Origin: a virus
Lineage: Duplodnaviria; Caudoviricetes
Reading direction: 5' to 3' (one strand)
Length of the DNA stretch: 64,000 nt
IMG/VR virus record: IMGVR_UViG_3300021514_000002
Span: 224,001-288,000 of that record
In this document: one piece after another, positions 45,110-57,100 of the stretch
Position numbering within the stretch: the stretch's first letter is position 1
Layout of the letters: each line of letters opens with the position of its first letter
Program-made: the position numbers and the translations under genes
The notes under the pieces: generated by a model
Database searches by the model: none
Seen by the model: the letters and a program-made list of their open reading frames with translations, nothing else
What the model was told of the DNA's origin: nothing

Positions 45110-48100
45110 TCATAAAGACTCTACCCAACCACCCGTATTACCTGTATTTGGTATAGTTTCAATAGTAGTTATTGTAGTATTTCTACCATCATACGTCGGT
45201 GTTACCGAAACAGTATAAATCCCATCGTTATTTATTTCCGGCGAGCCAAATATAGGCGAGCCGCCCGCATTAGTAGAATGTGATATTCTAATGCTATCAC
45301 TCGGTGAGCCGCCAGTAATATCCCCAGTAGCATCGCCCAGTACGACAATTGTATTTGCCGTAGTACCGACAATTAAATATTGGAACCATTGTTGGTATAG
45401 GGCTTTGCCGCTTTCTGTAAGTGGTGAACCACCGAAAATGCCGGTATTGAGGAGGATTTCTGCCACTGTTAATATTACATGGCTATTTGGTGAACCATAC
45501 TGCGTAGCGTCTAATATTGTATAAATTCCATCATTGTTTGGGGAACCTATAGAGTTCGTTATTTCGATTACTGTATCGGCCAATGTGGGTGGTGAACCAG
45601 TCTGCGGTTTAAAAATATTAAACACATCACCAGAAGCGGTATCTGGAATGTATATCCTATTCACTAATGGTGAACCTATTGATTCCGTCCCATCAATGTG
45701 AAACTTATACCCTTTTAACATATCAAAGGTTTCAGCAATGGCCGCGTTTGTATCAAATGCACCAATGAATGTATTACTAGGATCAGCAGTACTGTCGAAA
45801 ACACGGGCTTCAATAAAATCATCTATACGAAGTCTTGGACTTAATATTTCAAAAGAAGTAGTAGATAATATATTAACACTCGCAGGCGCGCTATTTACAT
45901 AAACTTCCAACATTAGGGGGTTCGGAAGTATAGGCGAGCCAACTAGTGGAATCGTTAATGTAGTTAAATTGAATACTGTTTCCGCTACAAATATACTCGA
46001 TTCTGTCGCAAAAAACGTTTCAATTCCAATTCGTTCTCTAGACGAGTTTCCTGTAAGAAGATCATTATAACCAGGAATTTTAGTATATTCCAAAACCCAG
46101 CCAGTATCGAGATTGTTTCCAATTGTTGGCGATGGATATTCTGGAACCGAATTATCATAATATTGATATATCATTCTATAATACATATATCCTGTATCAG
46201 TATCAACCCAATGTGCTGTGTTGCGCGGGATTTCTACCCAACCTTCCGACGGCGAACCTGTAAGTAAAAAACTATATTGTTTTAAAATACCGGGGGCTGA
46301 CAATACATCATCATTCGGTGAAGTATCAAACCACATGGTATCTTCTACGGGTGATATTGGTGCGGTATCTGATACCGTTACAGTTGGTTCACTACCACTT
46401 GTAAAAATTGTGGATGGTGGAAGATCAAACCCAGCATGGGAATCTTCTATACCATGTGCTATAATATCATCAGAAGCCCATACACCAATATTGTCAATAT
46501 ATAACCTATCTTTAATTCCAATCTTTATGAGTGTTTCAGGTACGACTTCACACAATTCTGGTGTTTGTCCGAAACCAGGCGATAAATATGTTAGCACGCC
46601 TTTTACAAATTCGTGGAGTTCACCTGTAGTATCCGTATCGTCATATGCCTCAGCAACTGCAATTGTTGTGCTGTTTGTACTAGAGCAATATATTGAGTCT
46701 GTTGCAGTATATGAACCATCATTTCTAATAGAAGATGTAACATTAAATTGCGTACCTTGTTTAAATATTGTTTGTACGTTTCCTTCAACAATAAAACCAT
46801 TTAATAATGGACTACCACAAGCAGAGGCACCATTGCCAATAATTAATCTACCACGTACGTGGCCTATAATATCTTCGTGTACGCGAATGTGAGTTTCATT
46901 ATTTGTAAATGTTGAATATAATGTTGTATAATTGCCGACTTTGCTTCCTGTAATTACTTTTATTCTGACGCCTTGTTTAAAGAAACTAATATAATTACCA
47001 TCGACGATAAACACATTTGATGGTATTTTTAATTTTACGAAACCATCAACAGAGGAATCGTGAATACTACCTACACCAAATGTAGTGATGGGATATTCTG
47101 GTGAACCTAAAACACCATGGGCGATGGATTTTATTATATAAGTCGTATTGTTATCTGTTGATTTAACAACAGAAATCTCATCACCTACAAAAATATTACT
47201 ATTTTCATAATTTCCTTCTACTACAAAATATGTTGGCGAGCCCTGTGAAAGTCCTACAATAGTAGCATATGCGACACCTTCATTTGGTGTCTGTAATAAA
47301 GTGGCAGGCGATGTTGAATTGTAATATCGCAATGCGTTACTATATGATAATATCTTTTTGTATTCAATTGCGACAATAGAAATCAACGATACATATCGTT
47401 GATTCTCCGTAATATTTGCTACAACAGGTGGGACTAAAACCATTCCTGTAATAAACACGGTAGTATAAGCACGGACAGAATTAGTGCCTTTGGTAAATAC
47501 CGAACTAACGATCAACACAGATCCATTATTATTAACATCTACGGTTTTTATAAATCCACTAACATCATCAGAATTTACAATTTGGCCGTCTACTTCTAAC
47601 GTTGTTGATGGAATCGGTGACCCAACATTAGGCGTGACTGCGGTAATTTTATATCCAGTATCATTATATAATGATCCTGAAACGGTAAAAATATCATTTA
47701 CACTATATTGTGCAGTTTTATCACCTAACACTGTAAATAATCCACCTGTAACAGGCGAGCCTGAACTTGCTGTCACATCAATTATTCTATCTTCAATAAA
47801 GCTCGTTATTTTAAATGTAAGATTAGAGGATGGTGTAAATAACGCACGTTGATCGCCAAGAACAATAAAAGAATTACTAGTAATTGCAGGAAATTCAGGA
47901 ACTGTTTTTGACGGATCAGGTGATAATATAGCTATAACATCTGGATCGTCATATGGCAATGAGCCAAATCCACCATCAGAACATCCAAGTTTATTAATAT
48001 CATATAGGTACTCCATTTCAATATCGAGTAAATAGTTTTCTAATAAAGTAACATCAACCAATTCTTGACTGACGTATTCAACCAAAGACTCAATCACTTT

Positions 48101-48178
48101 AGTATGATATGGTTTTATATCATTTACGTAATCTACGAGTCCTTGGACTGGATCTAAACCTTTAATATTACTTGCCAT
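45110..48178 (-). CDS. Large virion structural protein, GSP-rich
   Basis: DYVNDIKPYHTK N-terminus; beta-rich; 15 GSP motifs. Confidence 0.75.
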   Translation of the reverse strand: MASNIKGLDPVQGLVDYVNDIKPYHTKVIESLVEYVSQELVDVTLLENYLLDIEMEYLYDINKLGCSDGGFGSLPYDDPDVIAILSPDPSKTVPEFPAITSNSFIVLGDQRALFTPSSNLTFKITSFIEDRIIDVTASSGSPVTGGLFTVLGDKTAQYSVNDIFTVSGSLYNDTGYKITAVTPNVGSPIPSTTLEVDGQIVNSDDVSGFIKTVDVNNNGSVLIVSSVFTKGTNSVRAYTTVFITGMVLVPPVVANITENQRYVSLISIVAIEYKKILSYSNALRYYNSTSPATLLQTPNEGVAYATIVGLSQGSPTYFVVEGNYENSNIFVGDEISVVKSTDNNTTYIIKSIAHGVLGSPEYPITTFGVGSIHDSSVDGFVKLKIPSNVFIVDGNYISFFKQGVRIKVITGSKVGNYTTLYSTFTNNETHIRVHEDIIGHVRGRLIIGNGASACGSPLLNGFIVEGNVQTIFKQGTQFNVTSSIRNDGSYTATDSIYCSSTNSTTIAVAEAYDDTDTTGELHEFVKGVLTYLSPGFGQTPELCEVVPETLIKIGIKDRLYIDNIGVWASDDIIAHGIEDSHAGFDLPPSTIFTSGSEPTVTVSDTAPISPVEDTMWFDTSPNDDVLSAPGILKQYSFLLTGSPSEGWVEIPRNTAHWVDTDTGYMYYRMIYQYYDNSVPEYPSPTIGNNLDTGWVLEYTKIPGYNDLLTGNSSRERIGIETFFATESSIFVAETVFNLTTLTIPLVGSPILPNPLMLEVYVNSAPASVNILSTTSFEILSPRLRIDDFIEARVFDSTADPSNTFIGAFDTNAAIAETFDMLKGYKFHIDGTESIGSPLVNRIYIPDTASGDVFNIFKPQTGSPPTLADTVIEITNSIGSPNNDGIYTILDATQYGSPNSHVILTVAEILLNTGIFGGSPLTESGKALYQQWFQYLIVGTTANTIVVLGDATGDITGGSPSDSIRISHSTNAGGSPIFGSPEINNDGIYTVSVTPTYDGRNTTITTIETIPNTGNTGGWVESL

Positions 48179-48195
48179 TCTATATTGCCTTATAG

Positions 48196-51100
48196 TTAAT
48201 CATCGAAAATGCCACTAGTTTGAAAAGGTCTGATTCCGTGAAGCGATATCATTGACGTTTTAAATATTTCAACATATTTTGACTTTGTGGTAAATGCGTC
48301 TTTTAATACAGAAAAATACATTCTATTTACGTTCGTAAACGTAAACGTGTTATATATTTCATCCATTGCTTTAATTATATTGTCTGTCGTGTTGAAATTA
48401 TTATTTTCAAAGAAAATATCAATATCAATTGGAGTAAAATCAATATTAGGATCAACAAGATAACTAACGATAGTATTTAGTGCTAAGTTACCATTCACAA
48501 ATGACTGTCCAATATCTAAACCATATTGTGTGTCTGTGTCATATTTTTCATCATATAATTCGCGTTCATATGAAGGGACACGAACAGACGGATCTGTTAA
48601 TTTATATCCAACTATAGATTCTGTTATTTTATCCCACTGCCATCTATCTATATTAAACTGTTGTTCTTGTCTAAATATCTTCCATTCTTCATGTAAGTTT
48701 TTTAAACCAAGGTTGCTAACATTTTCATTCTCAACATCTAATGTATCACGCAATGTAAAGTTTCTAGAAAATCTAACAGTATAGCGGTTGTCTGCATTAA
48801 CAATTCCCTGTAGACCACGAATAACCGTCTGTGTAAAGCGGGTTGGTACATCTACACCTTTATTATCTATGCCAGTATATGTAATCGTAATATCGTTGAG
48901 TGGGCTACCTGTAGCTACAAAAGAACTCGGGCTACCTACCTCAGACGTAAATGGTGGCTCATGAAGTCTTACAAATGTTTGTAGGGGTGAGCCGGTATTA
49001 TAAACATCATATTCCGTTGATGGGATATTCACCCCATTGACTTCTACTATAATATCATTTTCAAAGTCAGGTGATATCAATAATGTTAGCGCGAAAGCAT
49101 CTGGTGAACCCGAATGTGCAAAAAATTCCGTACGTAATACGTTTATATTATCCGTTGGTATTGTTGCTGCTGGTTTCACTTCTTGGAAGAACATATGAGC
49201 AGTTGGAATACTTACTAATTGATGTTGTGTTTCTAAGATCGACATAGTTCTATTTTTACCAGATGGTTTAGTTCCTTTATTTCCTACCCAGAAGTAGTAC
49301 TTATATGTAATATTTCCCAATTTATCATAATATGGAACCTGTGTATATTCATATTCTTGACGATGTGTTTCTGGAGAGCCTGCTAATAATAAATCAATTC
49401 CTGTTTGTGATTTTGGAACTAATTGTACAAATCTTACAATATCCGCCACGTTTGCGGCAACAATCGTACTAGAAGTTAATGGACTTCCAATTGGTGAAGT
49501 AAGAGGCATGTTCTCTACGAGAAGTGAGCCATTGACGTATACGTTCACTAAGTATTGAAGAGGTGAGGCAGACTGTACAAATTGTGACACAGGAACATCG
49601 AAAGTAAATGTTCCATCTAAATTATCAATCCCATCTGTTGCTGCGTATAATTCTTCGAACTTATTAACTGATTGTATCCAATCAACTCCATCTTTTTCAA
49701 GTAATACCTTCCGTGCAATACCTGCCTTACGAAGATGTTCAACAATTGTTTTATCACCTTCTTCTTTCGCAGCTAATGCATCCCATTCTGATGGTGGTAC
49801 GTCGGATTCTACCCATTCAAAGATTTCAATATCAGCCCAGTCAGTAAGTTGTCCCCAATTACGGAAACGTTCTGTGGTATCTGTAAAAACTTCCTTACTG
49901 TAATACGGAAGGTAATCTTGGTTTTTTGTGTTTAACCATGTAGTTCCCACGAACGATTCTTTCCAGATTATAGTATTCGTAATTGTTTTTGATGTATTAC
50001 CATAAAGTGCAGGATCATTATCATTTTGCAAATCTACATTATGTATCGCATTACTGTAGTGAATGCCACGCGCTGGATCCCAATATTGTATAGGCGAAAT
50101 ATGTGTTGCTGATTTTCTATCAATTATTCTTGCAGGATCTTGAGCATCATTGTTAAATACCATACCCCAAATAGTAACATCATCAGTTAAAGACATCGTA
50201 GGTGAGCCACTGAATAACATTTCAATTATATTATTATTAATAATCCTATAATGAATTCCTTCCTTAAGGGTTTCTGTTGTTTGTGTAGCACTTACATATT
50301 GGGTGAGTTCAATCGCATCTGCATCCAAATCATGTCTAATATAATTAAGCATAGGCGAACCAGAAATACTAGCAACCATTTTATTCTTTACTTTCAGCGC
50401 AAAGTACAAGATCTTACCATTGTTACGCAGTACACGTGACTGATCCGGTTGGTTGTACCAACGATCAGTATTTGCCATTTTTATCGGCGTGAATGTATCT
50501 TCAACAATAGAATCGTCGTCTTCGTTGCTAATAAATTCTAAACGAAGTTCATTAGATCTCGCATCCACAGTAGTAACGTACATTTCAGGAAATTCTTTCT
50601 CGGCAATAGAACCAAAGCTGCCAAGTTTAATTGCCCAAAAATCATCAATCTTCGCATCAATAAATCTTCGCGAATTAATAAATGCATTAACCGCGTTTAT
50701 GGAACCTTTACTTTGGATTTGACCTCTCCAAAATAAGAACTGTGATTTTTGTGATAAATTCAAATTAGATAGATATTCTACTGGTCCGTCATAGCCTAAC
50801 GTTTTACGTGAATATTGCGTCATTAAATTACTTTCAAGAGTGTTATGCGTATCATAAGCATTTCTTAAATTTTCGACTCCGGCTTCAATATTTTCTTTAA
50901 TATTTGCGCCTTGATTAAAGAACGTTTCGAGGTAATAACCACCAACATTTGGTCGTTGCGTAAACTCTGGCTGTCTATTAAATAACATTTCATATTTAGT
51001 TACATTTAATCCGATAAATGGATCGTATAATAGATTTCCATCTGATGTATAATTGCTTAATATCATAGCATGTTCATAGGCATCAACAAATAGGTGTAAT

Positions 51101-54100
51101 CCACCAAGATGTGTAAGCGTATATTCTGGTGATATTAGTGGAATCGTAGGTGTAGCATTAATCGCATCAATTACACTGACCTTGGTTTGCGTATCTTGAC
51201 GAAATACACGAAGTTGATCTATATTAATACGATTACCATCTTGATCGAATATCAATTGCGAAGTTCTAATATCTTCTGATGGACCTGTAATAATATTTGA
51301 AACTATACCACGCGATGGATTGAACCACGCAGCATTTCTAAACGGATTGATTTCAAAATCTTTAATGATTGCACCGTATTCAGTAGGACTAGAAACAGAT
51401 AAACTACCAACGCTTGTAATTGATGTTATGTCGATGACGATGCCATCTTTTGCATCTTGTTTAGATGCTGCTAATCTAAACGTATACATGTCGTCGCGTA
51501 TTAAATAATAACGTATACCACGTGATAATGGTGTTGGGTATATTGAATTTGAGGATATGATAGTAACAGGCTCGCCTGTTATAAAAGTTTTATTATCGCT
51601 CACAAATGTCCATATATTAGTTGCCGCATCGACAGTAACAGGATATCTATCATTAACCTGTTCTCTTACAACTCGTTGCGAATATGCATAAGTAATAAAC
51701 CGTTCTATTTCAATCTGCCAATTAACAAGGCGGCCACTATCAGGATCTTGTAATGAACTATCTTCATTTATCTTCCATCCACTGTCTTCAATATATGCAT
51801 CGTATCCATGAATGACATTAATAAGCGTTTGCATTCCCTGTACTGCTCTTGGAGTAATCGCCTGCAAGACATGGGATTTATCTATTGAATAAAATCTCCA
51901 ATTATTTGTTGTTCTTTCGCCTGCGTTTACTAAGAATGTATTTAAAATTTCACCAATAAAATGATCTTTGTTGCCAGTTGAAGTTATATCAATTGCGAGA
52001 TTCGTGTTTGCATCTTCTAATGTTTCAGAAAGAGCAAAAGTATTATTAGATAATCGTATAATAAAATACTTCGTTAATCCATTTACCGTATCACCTTCTA
52101 ATGGTATTGGAAGTACTTCTGCGGTTGATAAGTATACACCATCCCCCGTGCTCCATGGAAGTGAACGATAGTCCGCTGTAATTGTTCCGTCTTTAATATT
52201 AGACAATAATGCCGCATTAACAAATATTGTAGTGTTTTTTGTTATACTATCGTATGTTGATAACACAACAACATAATCGCCATTATTACCTGTAGAATTT
52301 GCCACAACAAATTGTCGTCCTGCTGAAAATACATACGTCTGGTCACCCTCAACAGTAAACGTTTTATTAAAGGTATCGAGGTCAGAGATTTCCCAAGTAT
52401 ACATTGTACATACATTGGTTGTAGGATTTGTGTAAAATTGGTAATTATGTACATCATAATACTTAATGGTTCTACTAATCGGCAAATTTGTTTTTAATTC
52501 AAATCTCCAATCAAGTTGATTATCATACCGAGCAATATTATAAGGGATATTAGTAATTCCAATTTTAAGGGCATCTAACCAAAAATCATCAACGCCTGGA
52601 GCTCGCTTTGAAGTTATATTATAATCAAAATTAGTAATATTAACATATCTATGTGCGATATTTAATGATGGGGTATCGACAAATGATGCAAATTGATACG
52701 TTAATGGTGCTTTCCAACCAGTCCACAATTCACGGAAATCAGAGAAATTTGCATCGTAGCCCGTGTACCTATTGTAGTTTACATACCATTGATTTAATCC
52801 ATTACTCTTAAATTGTGTGTTATTTACAATTTCACCATGAAAGGTAATTCTATTATGACTAGGTGTATTTTTTGCATCTCTATCAACTTGCAAACCACCA
52901 ACCTTAGTAAAGTTAAATCCAAATGTTGAAGACACATATCTTACAGGATCGATACGATATGCTACAGTTAATTGGTCATATAAAAATTGTGAACTTACTC
53001 TCCAATTCCATTCAACATTACCAGAATCCCCGAACGCGTAACTTGAATTTGGTGCGATAACTTCTGTACTATAGTCAAAATAAATCGACCGTATGATACG
53101 ATCAAGAAATAATGGCACTGCTGTAAACGCACCAACAAAATCCCAATAAGGCGGGAATACGCTATCAGGTTCATATGTTGTTGTACCGCCGTCGGCGCTA
53201 ACAGCAAGGTTGCTTATATTAACACTAAAATAATTAAACGTAGGTAACTCTGGAACGGATAAGAAATATGGCGAGGCGCTATCCGTTGCAGGAATGCCCG
53301 TAATACCAACAACCCCATTAGGATATGCTCTACCTTGTGGAATTTTACCAATACGAATATTCTCCCACATACCGTAGGCTTGCTCTATTCTTCCTGAAGG
53401 AATATCATTTGCAACCAAACCCACAATTTTTATTTCTGTTAAGTTTGTGGTTGGATTATATAACGTACCATTAATAAAACTAACACCTGTCGTAATATCA
53501 CCAGTTACTATTTCTTCTTCTACTGTAATAGTGAAGGCGTTTAACACATGATTCACATTTTTGATAGTATATGTTTTTATAATCTCGTTCGTACTAGAGA
53601 ATCCTATTGGCTCCGCAATAGAGAAAACCATTCCAGGAAAATATATTCCAGCAGCAGGATCTGGTGGGAAATCATCAATAATAATAGAGGCGGTGCCCGC
53701 TATTCCTACGCTTACCGCCGTAATTATATCATGTGCACCAACTGTATATTGTCCAGTATGTGATGGCGAGCCTGTTGCACTATCTATATTAAACGTGGCA
53801 TTTGAAACGAAGTTAGCATGATAATCCCCTTTAATTGCGAAGATACCGTAGGTGCTTGGACTTCCACTACCAATGTTATTGTTGTCCAATGCAATAATTT
53901 CAAACCCGTGTTTATATTTCCACGTTCTAATACCCCATTGATTGATATCATCGTTATAGTATTCAGCATCCCACCAGTCAGGTTTATCGCTATACCCTTG
54001 AAGTATCCATGGCTCAGCATGTGGATATGGTGTACCATATATCTTGGTGTATAAATCTTTCCAGTATCCACCAGATTCAGAACCATCATTTAAGTTATTT

Positions 54101-57100
54101 GGTTCAGATGATAATATTGGACTTGGAAGGATTCCTGCGTATATTGTTCCTTGAAGTGCGTCTAATACATCGCCTTCTACAAATACATATGTAACGTCAT
54201 TTATAGTATCATAATATGTAGCGGGCTTCGTTGGGGTAGAAATGAGAGTACTCCAAGAACCATCGTTGTTGCCTGAATCTTTAACGTAAAAATCAACTTG
54301 TGAGTTACAACTAGCAAAAGCGGGTGAACCAGTTCCTGATGCCGTGCACGGATCGAAGAACCCAACACGGTCACCTGAAACAACAAATGCGTTAGTAAGT
54401 CCATCGGCTTCTAATATACTAATCCCACCACCTAATACAGAACGGGAATAATTCCACGTAAATGCATCAGTTGATGAATACTCAGAATTGCTATATGGAT
54501 TTGATATTTCAGCTTGCGAAACATAATCTAAAAACGCTTGTTCAAGATAAGTCAAATATTTAGTAGGATTATTTTCTTCCATCTGCGTAAAATCATATGC
54601 TAAATTAGGAAACGATGGAACGTTATCATAAAGACGGTTTTCCAATTCAAATACAGTATCAGCGAGTAATTTATCAAGATCTATTTTTTGCCAAGCAGAT
54701 ATTGTGGCAGTTGTTAAATCACTTGGGTCTGTTCCATTGTGTAGTCTACCATCACCGATTGTTACACCATCTACAATATCCCATGTAATATTTCCAAGAA
54801 AATCAGTATCCTTTATGCGCAACGTTTCAGTACCTGGCGTTAGATCCATCCACAACGTTCCGTCAGGATATGCTGGTGATGGTATAATGATGCCAGACTC
54901 TGCTACAACATAACGATATAATACATTAGTGCTGCTAGCTGCCATGTGATACCAATAAACGCCTTCTCTGCTTAACGTAGTATCAAAATTGGCATCAAAT
55001 TCGCCAATATTGTTGGGCGGTAAGTTTGATGAAGTTCTGCCAATATCACTAGACGACGATCTTGAATCAGGGGATTTTATTATTAATTGTGAAATAATGT
55101 CTTTTGTCGCAGTAGTTAATGTATATTCCTTACGATGTCCGTCATGATGAACAACTTCATTAACCGATAAATTATCATCTATAATACGATCTGGAACATA
55201 TCGGTTTACAAGATTGACATACGGTAATGTTGCGATCCAGTTTCTTACGCCAATATCATCTGATCCAACAACATCTGTAAGTGTCGTAGAATCGCCGTAT
55301 ATGAACTCGGCTTGATCGTTTAATTCATGTATATTAATAACATTAGTTGCAACATAATCGGATAAGTTTAAAATATTATCTGTTTCTATATTAGTAAGAA
55401 AAGCTATAGCATTTTTACGATAAATTTCACTAAGGGAATTTAATAATCCTTCATACTGATCATGCGCGAATTCTATTAACGAGCGCGGTGTTACGTTATT
55501 AACAAACACAGATGATAAAAACGTATCAAACCCATCATTGAATTCTTTTATCGTTCCACCATATCCATAATTAATTTCATTTATTGGCAATAAATTAAAC
55601 ATTGCATCTTTTGCGCCAATAAATCCTGGTATTCTTGGTTGGTCTTCAATAATAGTATTGAAATGTGTTAGCAATTCACGCGTATCTAAGTATTTACGAT
55701 TTTCATGTAAATGATTGAAATATAATGGATCGGGAATTTCCCAGTCACCAGTCCATACACCCGATGGTGATAAATTATTGGATTGATCGTCGAGCCATTC
55801 TTGTGTTGCTGTTGTTGTTGCTTGTGATTCAGATAATGTTGGATCTGTAGTGCGTAATTCTATTACACGAGCAATAATATATGTACTTTTTTCATCTTCA
55901 TAAACTTCACTAGAACGACGTTCCCAATCAACCTTATTAGGAATATACAATTCATTATTGAGTCCTATTTTCCAAATTGTTTGTAAGTTTATATCAGTCA
56001 CAAAATCATCAATTGGGGTGATTTCATTCCATGTCCCAATAAAAGTATTAGGGTCAATGAATCGTTTAAATAATTTATTTAATGTTGTATTATACCAATA
56101 CACTCCATCTATTTCACGCTCACGTATGGAAGGTTCAATATTACTGATGACGGCCTTCCGATACTGATTAGACATTTCAGTCTTATTGCCCCATTTAGTT
56201 CCGTGCCAGAAATTTAACGTATTGGTTTCTGGGTTATACCAATAATCCTCTTGCTTATTAGCATAATCGCGGTAAGCAAGCAATTCCCCATTATCTTCGG
56301 TTAATAGAAATTGATCAAACTCGTATATGACATCAACTGGGTCAAACACAATTCGCAAACCCGTATTTAAATTAACATCATATTCTGATGATGTTCTATA
56401 CCCGAAAATAGGGTTTGCTTTATATGCTGGGTCGCCGTTAACGGTAAATATATCAAATAATGGATATTGGTTAATTTTTGTTTTTACTTGCTCTACGCGC
56501 CGATATTGTATTTGGCTTACAGTAGTATTGCCGTTAATAAGATACAATTCGTCGTCTGGTTCCATTCTAACTTTACTGAAATTATTTTGCAATTCGTTCA
56601 TCGCAGCAGGACCAACTTCAACCGTTACGTTAAGTCCCGCAGGTATCAAATCAAAAAATTCAATACCCATTACATAAACAGTTACATTTTTTGTATTTGT
56701 AAATTCATCGCCCTGTAATGGATTAGTAACATTGGATAATTCACCATCAACAGCAACATCACTAAAGGTATCTGGGCTGCTAATTGGATTTACCCTAATT
56801 CTGGTAGGATGGGTTGGTGCTGTTGAAGAAACAGTAAAGTCTAACGTACCGACAGCAGTGTTCCCATGTAAACGAATAGTATCACCAGCAGTGAAATAAG
56901 ATGTCCAATCGCCGCCGACAAGAAATTCATTAGTACTATAATCTATACCAACAACATCTAATACTGCTTCACCAATTTCATCGTAGTTACCAAATTGCCG
57001 AGTGTATTCTTCCCCTGCAGCGTCGCTGATATAAACACGAATATCATCAAATCCATATAACGCTTTGCGGCGTAAAGATCTTGTGGTTATTGATGTAGTA